Of a stretch of 64,000 nucleotides of DNA, positions 1 through 12,780 are shown in pieces. Made by a program: the position numbers and the translations under genes. Origin of the DNA: Camelus dromedarius (lineage: Eukaryota); contig NC_087437.1 in the NCBI RefSeq assembly GCF_036321535.1, positions 107,572,001 to 107,636,000 on the forward strand, written 5' to 3'. A model generated the notes under the pieces. The model did no database searches and was not told the DNA's origin. It worked only from the letters and a program-made list of their open reading frames with translations. Within the stretch, counting starts at the first letter, position 1. Each line of letters opens with the position of its first letter.

Positions 1-2044
1 GATTATAAAATTACTCAGTAACAAGCACAGGGCAAAATACTTCCAAAATGATGTCATATCCAGCAGCTCATAGAGCCTCATTGATTATCTCACTGCCAGA
101 AGAATTCCAAATCTTTTGACCCCCTGCTATCTTCTTGACTTGGTTACTAAATCCCATCAATATGGTCATGAGAGATGAATGCTTCTACAATGGCATGAGT
201 ACCAGTCAGAAAGGTCTTAAGTAAAGAAAGAGATCTCTTATAGCAATAGCTTTATATAGAAAAGTTTAGAATTACGCAGTAGATAAAGTCTAACTGCAGA
301 CCTGAGATGCCTCGAAGCAATAATGGGAAATAAATCTTGTAATTGTATTTATATTTTCACAATGAATAGGACAAATGCAGTCCCTTTCTCTTGGGAACCA
401 GCTTCAAAGTTCAAACAGTACTGTCTCCTGATACAATTTTTTTTGAAGAATAGCTTTGAAAGTATCAAGCAAACTGATTTTTTTAATGGTTTTGGGTAAC
501 ATATTTACATTTAAAACTTTTGAGCTTGCATTTTCCTCTTTTTATGCTGAATCTGTCAACTGGTTGGAATTTGTAATTTATGGCTCTACAGCAATCCAGT
601 ATTCTTTATCCTCAAGTGATCCTATTGCCATGAAAGTTTATGTTACACTGATGAAAAACATTTCTACAAGCAAGATTATTTTCTGGAATTGTTATATGAT
701 GTTTCTTAATGTGCTGTTTTATGTGTGGTACTCACACACAGTTTTTCTGAAGGGCTTGTGATCATAGAAGAATTAATGAAAATGTTAATTTCTTAAGATA
801 TCTCCCATAATGCTTCCTTTTTCAGTAATTTATTTTCAGCCTCAAATGTTTATCTTTCTTCTTATATTAGTTTCACTCATCTTCATTGTTTCCCTACTAT
901 TTAAAAGATACATCATATAATATTAATATTTGGAAAAATAAAAATATATAAATAACAGTCTCTAACTTTAAGTGTTATGATCAATCTCGTGGCAAAACTA
1001 AACTCTAAACAGCTAATTTAATCTGATATCGGAGCATTTTTTTGTGAATATTTATCAGCCACAGGTCTGGTGGGGTTGAAGAAGGAGGAACACATACATG
1101 ACTACACTGATCATCATTATCATTCAGCTGTGTTTTATTCACATAAGCCAAAATGCTTTACTTTTGTCTAATACAAAAGTTTTTAGTGTTACTCACATTT
1201 GTCTAACACATAACAGCTTCTCTAGAATTATGACTTCCTTAGGCTATGATTCATTTTTTTTAAATCATCCGGGGTTTAATCAGAATGTGGTTTCAAAGTT
1301 ACAAGGATAATTTAAAAGCACAGAAGCCACATATTTACCAGAGGTATAAAACTGCACCTACTCACAACAGCTTAAAACTTTTTACATTATTTCTGGTTCC
1401 AAATGTTTATTTACCAGAAAATCAGCCTTTATTTACTGAGCAATTGATTTTCTGTTAGAACATTTCTCAAAATTAACCTATTTATAAGCAAGAAAATTTG
1501 GGTGTTTTATAAGGAAACACTGGCTTGATTTGGGTGAACTCTTTTCATATTTGCATTTCTAAGATTTTACTGAAGAGGAAAATCTGGCATCCTGTTTTTC
1601 ATTGGTCAAGGTGTGCACCATGAAGCATTGCCTTGCCCACATCTTCAGGCTCTGAAATTTGGCTCCTCTGGGCAGCCAGAAGAAGCAGAAATTCCCCAGC
1701 TCCAGTTTGGCCAGTGGAAAGGTAGGGCAGTCTTTCCCCATCAGCCAATGCAGAGCATGAGGGTTGTCCCAGCCTTTGGAGGTGGTAGAGGAATGAGTGT
1801 GGTCTGGACACGGGAAGTCCTTGAGTTAACACTATGCCTCTTCCGTAGGAAACAAACAAGATCCCAAGGTCTGGAGAAAGCCTGAGTAGATGAGCTGGTG
1901 ACACGGAGAAGATCTTATGGGTCTACCATACTACCATTTTTTTTATTATTTTTTAAAAATCTTGATACCCTTCTTTACATGTAATTAATAATTTTCTTCA
2001 GCTATTAACACTGAGACTACAGATACCTCTGTCCCACAATACTA

Positions 2045-2400
2045 GCAATACTGATCAGGGTAGGCTAACTGATGTAAAATACAATCTCCCACATTTCAGA
2101 AGAGGGTAAAATTTATCCTTGTACCAATTTCAATGTAGATATTTATTGTAAAACTTCTGTAAAGCTTTTCCCAGTGGTGAGTCAAAGATCTTTCTATCTA
2201 CTACTCTCCATTGTTATCAAGTGTTTCAAAGTCCTCTGGAGTCTTGAAGTCCTCTGCTGATCCCTGGTATCTGGACATTGAACAAGAGCAGGTCCTTTAA
2301 TGAGAGGACCTACATTATTCTCATCTGCACTTCATCAACCAGAACTACTCACACTCCTCTCTTGCACCATTCTAGAATATAAAACAGACTTGGTCAGTAG
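2045..2400 (-). mobile_element. Degenerate MaLR LTR (MLT1K/L-like) fragment
   Basis: 'tcagggtaggctaactgatgtaaaatacaatctccc' resembles the reverse-complemented MLT1 3' terminus; heavily diverged. Confidence 0.45.
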
Positions 2401-3247
2401 CTAGCATCCTTATTAGGTCCATCTTCTACTTAGGTCTTTCAAAGAGTGATGGGTATGGATCCAGGGCAACCTGAGGAAAGGATACTAGAAAAAAGATTTG
2501 GTGTTCTTATGTTATTGACATGATTAGCTGAATTTTGCCCAAGTTGGAGAAGAAATATGCTGTTTACACACCTGAGAATATTGCACTTGGATCCCTAATA
2601 CTCTTGTGTAAGGTTTTTAGCTTCAATTTTATAGAGGTTGCTCTTGTTGGTCATTATTGATTGATACCCTGTGATTTTAAATTCAATCCCATAGAACAAT
2701 GTTGTCATGGAAATAATAACAGTAACAGCAGTGTAAAATTCCTCATCTCAGCCCATTCCCCAAAAGGCATATTAGTCTAGTTGAACTTCCTTAATAGTAA
2801 TCAATTGAAAAACATCCAACTAACATTTATAAGCTGAGAAAAAAATCTCCGTAGAAGTAAAATGCGTATCATTGTAAAGAAACAAAAATACTCAAAATTG
2901 GCAGTGTCTAATATAGTAGTTCTAAATGGAAAACAGGATGAATTGCTATTTGTAGTTAGCATTTATCACTTAATGAGCATTTGATAAATGTTGTGAATAA
3001 ATGTCTGATAAATATGGCTAGTTATAAATAACAAGTTTTGCATCTATGACCTAAATATCAATAGAAAACTTTCCTATAGAATGAAAATAACTTGAGACTC
3101 CTGATTTTACTGAGAATCTAAATATTTAAGGCAAGATATGCGAGGTTCATGAACTTAGATGCCAATTACTATATTTTTCAAATGGTCAATTGCCGATTGT
3201 TAATTTTATCAATATTAATATAATCCCATGGCAAAATTTCACCTTTC

Positions 3248-3805
3248 ATAGCAGACTGCATTTTCCAAAATGACCCATCCTTCATGCTCTTTTTAATGTG
3301 TCTTTGATATTCCTTCCATTGTAACCTGTGATGTGGTAGGATATGCCTTGCTCACCCTCCACTTTGCAATTCTGTAGACCTTTGTTTTAACCAATATCAT
3401 ATAATTGAAAGATGCTTTGAAATTCCAAAGGTTTGATTATAAAAATGTTATACGTTTTTACTTTGTTCTCTTGGGATATTTGCTTTCTGTTACCATGCTG
3501 GGAGGACGTCCAAATGAGAATTCTTAGACATTAATTAGACATGAGGCCCTTTGTAAGCGTCCAACCAACAGCCCCGCTCAAGTCTCAGCCGAAAAGCAAC
3601 ATCAACCACCAGATGTGTGAGTAAAGAAACCACCACCACATGATTTTAGCCTTCAGTTAGCAAGTCTTCCCAGGTGTATCCCTATATATTGTAGATAAGA
3701 CAAGCCATCTTGAACCTCAGCATCTACAACACTTTTAAAACAGTTTTGTGTGTGTGTGACACGAGGTTTGATATCATTTGTTATGCAGCAATAGTAACTG
3801 GAACA
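3248..3805 (+). mobile_element. MaLR solo LTR (MLT1G/H-like)
   Basis: Typical MLT1 3' end 'ttgttatgcagcaatagtaactggaaca'; internal 'caacatcaaccaccagatgtgtgagt'. Confidence 0.75.
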
Positions 3806-4077
3806 TCCCTCATTCGAACATAATTTTACGTCACAATTCCCCATTAAACTTTGTTTTTTCCTAATGATAACTTGATGTAATAATGTTACATATGTACTTC
3901 ATCGTCAATTGCTCTACTTGACTACCGCCAACCATGTAGCACAGAAACATTCTCCTTTGAAATTATATAAATATATTTCTATTTAGGCTTTAGTTTGATA
4001 TAGTTCCTAAATATTTTTGACACTAATATTATTATATGATTTGGTTATGCAAATATATATTTTTTTAACCAGTAGAT

Positions 4078-4145
4078 TGTCAACGCATAGCGAAAAACTG
4101 ATGCATGGCAAATGGTCAGTAAATATTGCATGAGTAAATGCACAT
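4078..4145 (+). mobile_element. L2 3' terminal fragment
   Basis: 'gcatggcaaatggtcagtaaatattgcatgagtaaatg' resembles the L2 tail. Confidence 0.45.
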
Positions 4146-4379
4146 GGATGCTTTAATCTGTTTAAAAATTTAGATAGAATGGTGTAAAAGCAAAAGGGTA
4201 TAATGCTTGATTTGTATTGTTATTTCTAAATGTAAATTTGCTATTTACCTTATTTGTGCTTTTATAGAATTATTTATTAGACCATTTCAATATTTGATAA
4301 TGAAACTGCATCACTTTTCCATTCTATGGTATGGAAATTGTTGCTGTGCACTTGTTGAAAAATGTCTTTGTCATTTCAA

Positions 4380-4480
4380 TAATAATAAAAATAATGATAG
4401 TAGTAACAAAAGCAGTTAGCATTTTCTACATGCTTACTATATGCCAGAAATTGTCCTAAGTTCTGCCTAAGTTACTGAAT
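4380..4480 (-). mobile_element. MIR fragment
   Basis: 'gttagcattttctacatgcttactatatgccagaaattgtcctaagt' is the reverse complement of a MIR 3' part. Confidence 0.55.
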
Positions 4481-4626
4481 TTTTTTTTCTTAAGTTAGGT
4501 TTATTGAGCTATAGTATACTCACCATCAAATTCCCTCCTTTAAGTTAAACAGTTCTATAAATTCTGACAAATGCATACAGTTAGGAAAACATCATCACAA
4601 TTAAGACATAGAAAAATTCCATTACT
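4481..4626 (-). mobile_element. Old L1 (L1MB/ME-type) 3' end
   Basis: T-run followed by 'tttattgagctatag...tgacaaatgcatacagtt...catcatcacaattaagacatagaa', typical of an old L1M 3' UTR. Confidence 0.7.
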
Positions 4627-5019
4627 ATAGCTTTTAAGAACTTGAGTTTTCTTCTTGTCTCTGAGTCAATTTAGTTGATAGGAACAAGACAGACATTCAG
4701 AGAACAGCAGAATTCTTAGTACTAACAAAACCTAACTTTCTGCACTTTGAAGAGAATACAGCTTCTTCTAAAGTAACTAGACAGATGAAATTCTAAAATC
4801 ATATCACCAAAGATGTATAGGAAATTTTTCCTTAATTTCCAAGCTCATCAATTTCCTATGTAGATAGATGATCTCCATTTTCCCATTTTTGTTTGTGTAT
4901 TTTAATTTTTATGTGTTTATAGGCTCTAAACTACAGTGACTCTTACAAGATAGAATTTCATTTTGTTATGTGTAACAGTACACAGATAAACAGCTGGTGT
5001 GTAAACCAAAAAAGAACTT

Positions 5020-6210
5020 GAAAGGATTACAATCCTTAAAGTACAGAAAGGGAGAGTAAACAACAAAACAAACCCTTGACCTCAAATTCTATTTCCAACA
5101 ACATAGAATATATTCATGTCCTTTAACGATTAAAAGCAGAAACAAAAATTCATTGCCAAAAATTTTTTTCTAGAAGATTAATCTGAAAGTTCTTCAGGCT
5201 GAAGAAAAATATTATTCAAAAGAGAACTAGAAATAATGATTAAGCAGATAACTAGAAAAGGCTTTTTTCATTTGCAAAAAAAGTATTTTCTTACATGGAT
5301 TTATTTAAAACAAAAACAATTAAAATATATTGTGAGAAGTTTATACAATATGTAGAGGTAAAAATAATAATATAAGTACAAGGGAGGGAAATAGAAATAT
5401 ATTGTAAGGGTGTGTATTAAATGTGAGGTGTATAATATTATATAAGTGTAGACTATGATTTTATAAGATGCATATTGCAAACTCTAGAACAGCCACTAGA
5501 GACAAATTTAAAAGATACATATTAATATGCCCATAGAGTTAATAAAATGGAATTATCAGTAATTATAATAAATACAAGTGGCTAAACACATGAGTCAGAG
5601 GTACAGTATTGTTAGACAGAATACAAAAGCAAGTCTCAACTATGTACTGTTTGTGAAGATGCAGAAAAGTTAAAGTATAATGACAGAAGAAACATCGTGG
5701 AAACCCTAGCCATGAGTAAGCCCAAGAGGTTATATTAATATTAGAAAAATTAGACTTCAGGGCAAGAAATACTAGTAAAGGTAAATAGAACAACATTTCA
5801 TAATGATGAAAGGATCAATTCATCAATAAACGTAATAGTCTTAAATGTGTATTCACAGAATAACGTAACTTCAAAATATTAGAAGTAAAAACTGAAACAT
5901 GTAATAGGATAATTGCCATTAAAAGCTGGCAATTTCTATAATGACTCTCAGTATTAATAGAAAAAATAAAAATGCACTAAGGATTTAGCACTTGAGCAAT
6001 ACTCTCAACTAACTTGACCTAGTGTATTCATAGAACACAGCTATCAAATGCATATTAAACCAGTGCAGAATACATATTATTTCAAAGTGCATGTGGAACA
6101 TTCAGAAGATTGATCATATGCTAGTCATAAGTAATCTCAAATTTTACAGGATTTGAATTATACAGATGACACTTTGACCAAATATAACTGAGTTAGATAG
6201 CAATAATACA
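5020..6210 (+). mobile_element. Old L1M fragment: inter-ORF region and degenerate ORF2 endonuclease domain
   Basis: 'aaattagacttcagggcaaga...cataatgatgaaaggatcaattcatcaa...gtcttaaatgtgtat' matches the ORF2 EN segment (KGSIHQ...LNVY); frame broken by stops and indels. Confidence 0.8.
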
Positions 6211-6876
6211 AATATTGATTTTTATGAAGTCTTATACATACAAAAGCATGTACAAGGTATGTTTAAGGTTTAAAATATAGTAATATGCATCATGAGTTGT
6301 AGAGAATGGAAGGATGGAATCTCCTGTGTGTACTTCTGCAAAAAGTACCCATCTTCTCCCAGGGAAAATCACCATCTTGAATTTTTTGTGTTAATCATTA
6401 TATTTAATTTTTTATAGCATTACTAAATTTAATGCAAAAATCCAATCCTATGTAAATTAATTATAATTGGACTGTGATAGTTGTCAGACCATTTTTTGGC
6501 ACCAGAATTTAGTATGATTTTTTCAGCATGATTAGATATGTCAAGTACAATTATTGTACATTAAATAAGATCCAGCAATGCTACAGCAGTGACTACTGAT
6601 TTTAGTCTTCAAAGAATCTGTCCTGAATTAATCCATGATTCTTCAAATTTGTCTTTCCAGGTAGAGAGAGTGGAATGGCAGTAATTTAGGAGGGAAGGGA
6701 TTCTCCAAATTCACTATTTTGGAAGAATGTATAAAAATACAAAAATGTAGACCACAGAGTAAACAGTGCATGATGTAAAAGATCAAGTAGTGTTTTGAGA
6801 AGGGCAGGAAACATAACACGATAGGATGAGAGGGCACCTTCTAGCCACTTGTTTTTCAGAAAAAAATGTGTTTATA

Positions 6877-7152
<276 letters not shown>

Positions 7153-7264
7153 AGAAAATAGCTACTATCTGAGACTAGGCTGAAGTAACAGTATCAACAT
7201 GAATATTAGATGCATGGATGTGTAAAACCTCAAACATTCAGATGGTCCTGTTGTTTATGTTGAT

Positions 7265-7526
7265 GTTATAGATGTATTCTTTGGAAAATAAGATGCTGGG
7301 ATGGAAATTTGCATGTACTGGTTACGCCTCTCAGAAACATCTGTCTCAGGAATGTCTATAAAGAGGGAAAGAAAGGAGAATTGGGCAGAGGAAGAAACTT
7401 GGGTGTGACAGCTCTCTGACTAGATGAAATTTCTGGGGAGAAAATGAGTTACAAGCCATGATTAGGCAACACTTCCAGCAGCTGGTGGAGCGAGTGGGGA
7501 TCTGGGTAGCATCTCAAGTACCCACG
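7265..7526 (-). mobile_element. ERVL LTR33-like LTR (3' LTR of a provirus remnant)
   Basis: 'gatgctgggatggaaatttgcatg...gaattgggcagaggaagaaact...caacacttccagcagctgg...ggggatctgggtagcatc'. Confidence 0.65.
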
Positions 7527-7720
7527 TCAGTTCACTCCATTGTCAGGTAGACTTACTTGATTTGTAGAATAAGTTTGGCTCATCTGGGAAGAGCTATTTC
7601 AAGATTTCAATCAGCCTTTGCCTAGGCAAACATAAAAATGAGGTAAATGGAGAAACTTCAAGCCTCGGCCCTTGTCGGAGGACAATACTCCGTGGGTCTC
7701 TTGTGCTCCTATACATCTTG
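7527..7720 (-). mobile_element. ERVL internal 3' segment (ERV3-16A3_I-like) next to the LTR
   Basis: 'gttcactccattg...acttacttg...aagtttggctcatctgggaagagct' resembles the PPT-proximal internal region. Confidence 0.5.
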
Positions 7721-7956
7721 CCATGTATGTCAGGAACGCAGACGGGGTATCCTTTACGCAAGGAGTAGGGTTGGGTTGGCAGCAAACAACTTTTAAGGAG
7801 CAGGTGATGTCCCTCTGAGACAAAGATCAGGTTTACTCACTGCTTGCTGTGAAAAGACAGATGCCTCTCAAGCTCAGGGATCTTCTCCTTCCTTTGCTCC
7901 ACCACGCGTGCACGGCCCGTCTGGCCCTCCGCTTTGCTCTGTGGGGACAGCAGCTT
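7721..7956 (+). mobile_element. ERVL LTR fragment (MER68/MER76-like)
   Basis: 'gtttactcactgcttgctgt...ctctcaagctcagggatcttctcc...ccacgcgtgcac...tctggccc'. Confidence 0.4.
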
Positions 7957-8165
7957 GGGCCTTTGTTCCCTGCATTAACCAGTCAATGGATGCGTGCTTC
8001 CTCTGGGATGAGAGAGAGCCAGGCAGCTCCATTTGGCTGAAAGCAATTCCTGGGGAAGTCCTCAACTTTGGACAGTCAGCCGACAGAGCTCCAGGCATCT
8101 GGAGGATGAAACACCCCAGTTTTGAAGGGGGAAATCTGAGAACCACGCCACAGCATCCAATACCA
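7957..8165 (-). mobile_element. ERVL LTR33-like LTR fragment
   Basis: 'gggcctttgttccctgcattaaccagtcaatggatg...gcaattcctggggaag...tgaagggggaaatctg...cacagcatcca'. Confidence 0.75.
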
Positions 8166-8343
8166 CGGCTGTTTGTTTTGCTTCTTGCTCCTTAATGCAA
8201 CCAAGAACTGACACACAGCACACATTTGCTGGGCCCTAAAGGAGAACTGTAAACATAAGCTGATCTATGGAAAAGACCCTTGGATCTTGTCTCCTTACTT
8301 GTTCCCATGCACCCTCCCTTTTTTTCCAGTTTTCTTCCCCTAG

Positions 8344-8855
8344 TTTTTATTTATTTATTTACCTTACTTACTTACTTATTTACTTATTTTCTAACTGTTG
8401 GTTTACAATGTTGTGTTACCTTCTGGTATACAGCACAGTGATTCAGTTCTATCTGTTTATCTATCTGCCTACCTATCTATCTATTCCTTTTCTGATTCTT
8501 TTTTATTATCCACTATTACAAGGTATTGAATTTAGCTCCCTGTGCTATACAGTGAGCCCTTGCTGTTTATCTGCGTTATATATAGCAGTTAGTACATGCA
8601 AGTCTTAAACTCCCAATTTACCTTTTCCACCCTCCTCTTTCCCCCTTGGTAACCAAGTTTTTTTCTATGTGAGTCTGTTTCTGTTTTGTAAATAAGTTGA
8701 TTTGTCTCATTTTTTAGATTTCACATATAAGTGATACCATATGGTATTTGTCTTTTTCTCTCTGGCTTACTTCATTTAGAATGATGATCTCTAGGTCCAT
8801 ACATGTTGCTGCAAACAACATTATTTTATCCTTTTTTAAAGCTTAGTAGTATTCC

Positions 8856-8905
<50 letters not shown>

Positions 8906-9052
8906 TGTGTGTGTGTGTGTACGTGTGTACATACACCATATCTTTTTTATCCAGTCATCTGTCCATGGACATTTAGGTTGCTTCCATGTGCTGGCTATTG
9001 TAATTAATGCTGCTATGAACATTGGGGTGCATGTATCTTTTCAAATTAGAGT
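8344..9052 (-). mobile_element. Artiodactyl-type L1 3' end (3' UTR plus ORF2 tail), 5'-truncated
   Basis: (TTTA)n tail; 'gtttacaatgttgtgtt...tacagcacagtgattcagtt'; 'ggacatttaggttgcttccatg...gctatgaacattggggtgcatgtatcttttcaaattag'. Confidence 0.92.
8858..8928 (+). repeat. (TG)n microsatellite inside L1
   Basis: Directly visible. Confidence 0.97.
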
Positions 9053-9504
9053 CTTTAAATGCTCGCTCTTCATGTAACCACCTCCAATATAGCTATTCAC
9101 TGTCCTGGGTTTAAGGCTCATCTCTGCACAAGGCTCTGACTTCTCTTTTCTCTTAGGGCCTTGAGATCCTCTTTTATAATCTTAACAAAATAGCTGTTTG
9201 GAAAATGCAGACTTGTTATGTCTCTTTCCTTAAAGTAGATAGGAATTTGCCTAATTCCAGTTTTTTGAATCCACTTTAGATTTTTGGGACTCTGCTTAGA
9301 AACATATTAGTTAGTAAATGCATGAGATAACTTATTGGAAACTTACTTTGTATTAGACCCCAACCATCTTTGTCAGTGTAGGAATCAGGTATCTTAATTA
9401 GCTTCATTAGCTTAATTTTTAAGATCAACTTAAATTGATTCTCGGAAGTAGTTCTGGGCCTGCATCATACAACAGCCAAGAGACTACAGAGAGCTGTAAC
9501 TCGC

Positions 9505-10059
9505 TTCTCTGTTTTCATATGACTCCAATTATCTCTTGATATCATAATGCTGTAAAATGAAATTCACTGCCAAGCATTAATTATTTCTCATGAATCTTGA
9601 ATCCATTGGGAATCTCTGGTCCTAGCTGCACTCATCCATCTACGATTAGCTGTGGGTTGAAGAAGCAGCTCTGCTAATCTTGAATGGGGTGTCCTGCATG
9701 CTTGAAAGCTGGCTGTCTGCAGGCTGGTCTAGGATGACACTGGTTAGGACAGTAAGGCTGCCTGCTACCAAGTCTCTGATTCTCCAGCATGCTAATCTAG
9801 ACTTTTACTCAGAGCATAGGCAGAGTTTCAAAAGACTGAGTAGAATTATATAAGGCCTCTTGAGGCCTCAGCTTAAAACTGGCACAACGTGACATCTGCT
9901 GCAAATTGGACCAAGCAAGTCACAAGGCCTGCACATTTTAAAGGGCTGGGTAAATAGACTTCGCCACGTAATGGGAGGAGTTTTGAAAAGCCACATTGCA
10001 AAAGGTGCAGGTACCAGGAGGGGAATAACTGGGGATGTTTTTACAGTTAACCTACCACA
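9505..10059 (-). mobile_element. MaLR solo LTR (MLT1F-like)
   Basis: 'aaggcctcttgaggcctcagcttaaaactggcaca...caagcaagtcacaaggcc...ccacattgcaaaagg...aacctaccaca'. Confidence 0.85.
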
Positions 10060-11859
10060 ATATAGAATTAAGGTTTCCACTGGGCAGATTTTTTTTCTTC
10101 CTATATAATCAATCCATAGCTCTAAATTTTTGGATTCCCAAATAAAACCTTTTCTAATATTTAGGATTTCTGAATTTATTTCCCACTTGTCAAAATCAAA
10201 ACAAAATAAAAATATTCAAGGCTGTTCAAAAAATACAGTAAATCCTTAAGAGACTGAACACTCTTGCCAATAATATAAAACCCACTGTTCATTTTTGTTA
10301 ATTCCACTTGATTGTTGACCACCAAAATAAACACTGGCACAACTGTGGGACTTGCAGTTCTTTCAAATGGGAGCTGGAAGTAGCGGAAATAGACTTGAGG
10401 GAATGCAAGGTCAGCACATGATATGTGTTTACAGCCTTGTTCTGCCTAGTGATTTATACTTGTCACATACTAAGGGCTCAGCTCAGCTGTACTGTGGCGC
10501 CAACTTTCTTTTGTTATTAGCTTTATACTAAAGTGACTTGTACAGTGGAGAACAAATGAATTGCAGGAAGTTAAAAATTCGGAATAATCTTGGTGTCATT
10601 TTGGAAACTGATATGAAGAATGAAGCAGGAAAGATTTTTGGCATTTCACTTCTGAGTCTATTAGATAAGATAATCTAAACAAAAAAGATATCTGAAGTGT
10701 TTATAAAATAATGTGTTTGTCAAGGGCAAATATTTTTTTCCCTGTACACAGATGTCACTAGGTAGAATATTTCTGAGGTCATCTGTGGCCTCAAGACTGA
10801 GTGTGGTGATCAGCAACTATTTGTATTGTGCCTTATTCTTCTATTTATTTAATACATTTCAGTAGACTGACATTGTTGCTAATAGCAGCTCATTTTTTTG
10901 GACATTGACATCTTTTAGCTTCACGGGCTCTAGGTTTATCTGTGTGAATGACAGCTGTTTAACATTCTTGGAATTCCTACTCACGAAGATCAGTATAAAG
11001 AACCAATCCAGACTGTCCTAAAATTGTTCAATCTGTGCAAGAATGGGAAACATCTGAAAAAAAGTTGACAGTTTTTCTAGATTTTGCTTTAGAAATCAGT
11101 ACGCCAGAGCCTTGTGCTGCTGAGGTAATAGTTTTATTGTTTATGTTTATTATTGCATTCCCTCAATTCTATTTCTGCTAGTTACTACTACTATTATTAT
11201 GTTTTTTACCCATGTATGTAGGAGACGGTGATGGTTTTAAAAGGCAGTAATGTCTCCATGTGCTCCTTACTGGAGCTGAGAATTTCTTATCAGTCTGAGT
11301 TTAATTGTGAAGACATGTGGGAGGAAGAAAGCACGAGGGAGCAAGCTCTTGACTGCCTTACTTTTCAGGGTTATCGTGCATTATGGGATATCTTTAACCA
11401 ATCCAACATCTTTAAGGGTTATCATTTGAGTGGTGACACTAAGCATTGACTTGAGGTCAACTGACTATCAGAATAACAAAAATATTTCATATAACAATAT
11501 ACATAGCCATTTAGGTAAAATATTAAGTGATGATGGGCACAAAACAGAGTTCTACAGTTCAGAGTTTACTAAAAATATTCTAATAGGAAGAGACTCCCCA
11601 TGATCTGTGATGTTATCCAGACTCATATCTAAGGAAATTGTACTACTCTTCACTTGATAGCAATTTTTCGATTCAACATTGCTTTCATCTTTATTACCTG
11701 ATTTGATCTGCACAACTATCTGATTAAAGTCAAAGGCAGTTCTCCTCACTTTTTATGAAGAACCTGAGGCATGGATTCTTTAAATAGTCTCCATATCTGA
11801 CATTTGTGAATTGCGAAGATTCTAGCGCAATTAGATTGACAAAAAAAGCCAATACATGA

Positions 11860-12780
11860 TTCCATTCATAGGGAGACAGAAAATTTTTAAGTGCATAAAT
11901 AAGATACTTTTAAGTAGTGGTAAGCAATATGATAAAAATAAAAGAGGGTAATAGAATTTAAAAGTACTCAATGGCACTCCTTCAAACTGTGCAAATAAAG
12001 CAGGTTATAATAAAAGGCTCACACTTAAACAGAGACTTTAATATCAAGATGGAACCAACCAAGTGGAGAACGTGAGAGAAAGTAACCAGCGCAAGTGCCC
12101 TTAGATGGAAGCCAAGCTGGTATGCTTGCAAATCTAGAAAGAGAGCCAATGTGGCTTCCTACAGAGAGAAGAGTGTAATTGGTGTAGTGTGTGATCAGAG
12201 AGTTATGCAGGGACCAGATTCTATAGTCTTTGACCACTGTAAAATGTACAAACTTTACTATAAATGAAATGGAAAGCTATGGGATGATTTGGGGCATAGC
12301 AATTTGAATTTTCAGAAGATCATGCTGCTTGCTTCTGAACAAGTGGATTTTATAGCAAGGAGTTCAGTAAGGGTCTATGATGGTCATCCAAGTACACGTG
12401 GAGGGTTGGACTCGGAGTATAGCGATGACAGCACGGAGCAGTAAACAGCAGATAGACTTAGCACAACTACCTGAAGATTTGCCTGTAGATTAAAAGTGAG
12501 AATGAAGAATGGCTCCTAAGGTTTGGATAAACAACTAGGCAAATGATGATGCCATTTATCTTGGCAGGAGGGAACGGATGAAGAGTTGATATGGTAAAGT
12601 TGATCTGCTTGTTAGAACGAAGTCAGAAAGTCACATAGCAAGGTGATGTACACTTCTAAAGTTCAAAGAAGAGGAACAGAATATCATTAATGTGGCTCTC
12701 ATTGGTAGATCACATTTAAAAGCCTAAGACTTGATGAGATCGGAGAGTGAGGGTAGAGAAGAAAGATCAGGGGACTGGAT
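11860..12780 (-). mobile_element. L2 fragments
   Basis: 'gggagacaga...taagcaatatgataaaaataaaagaggg', 'aatggaaagctatgggatgatttgggg', 'aagaatggctcctaaggtttgg...gatgatgccattta'. Confidence 0.65.

Noticed and set aside
1559..1904. Cluster of overlapping ORFs on both strands
   Set aside because: No recognisable domain or exon structure; expected in a locally GC-richer patch
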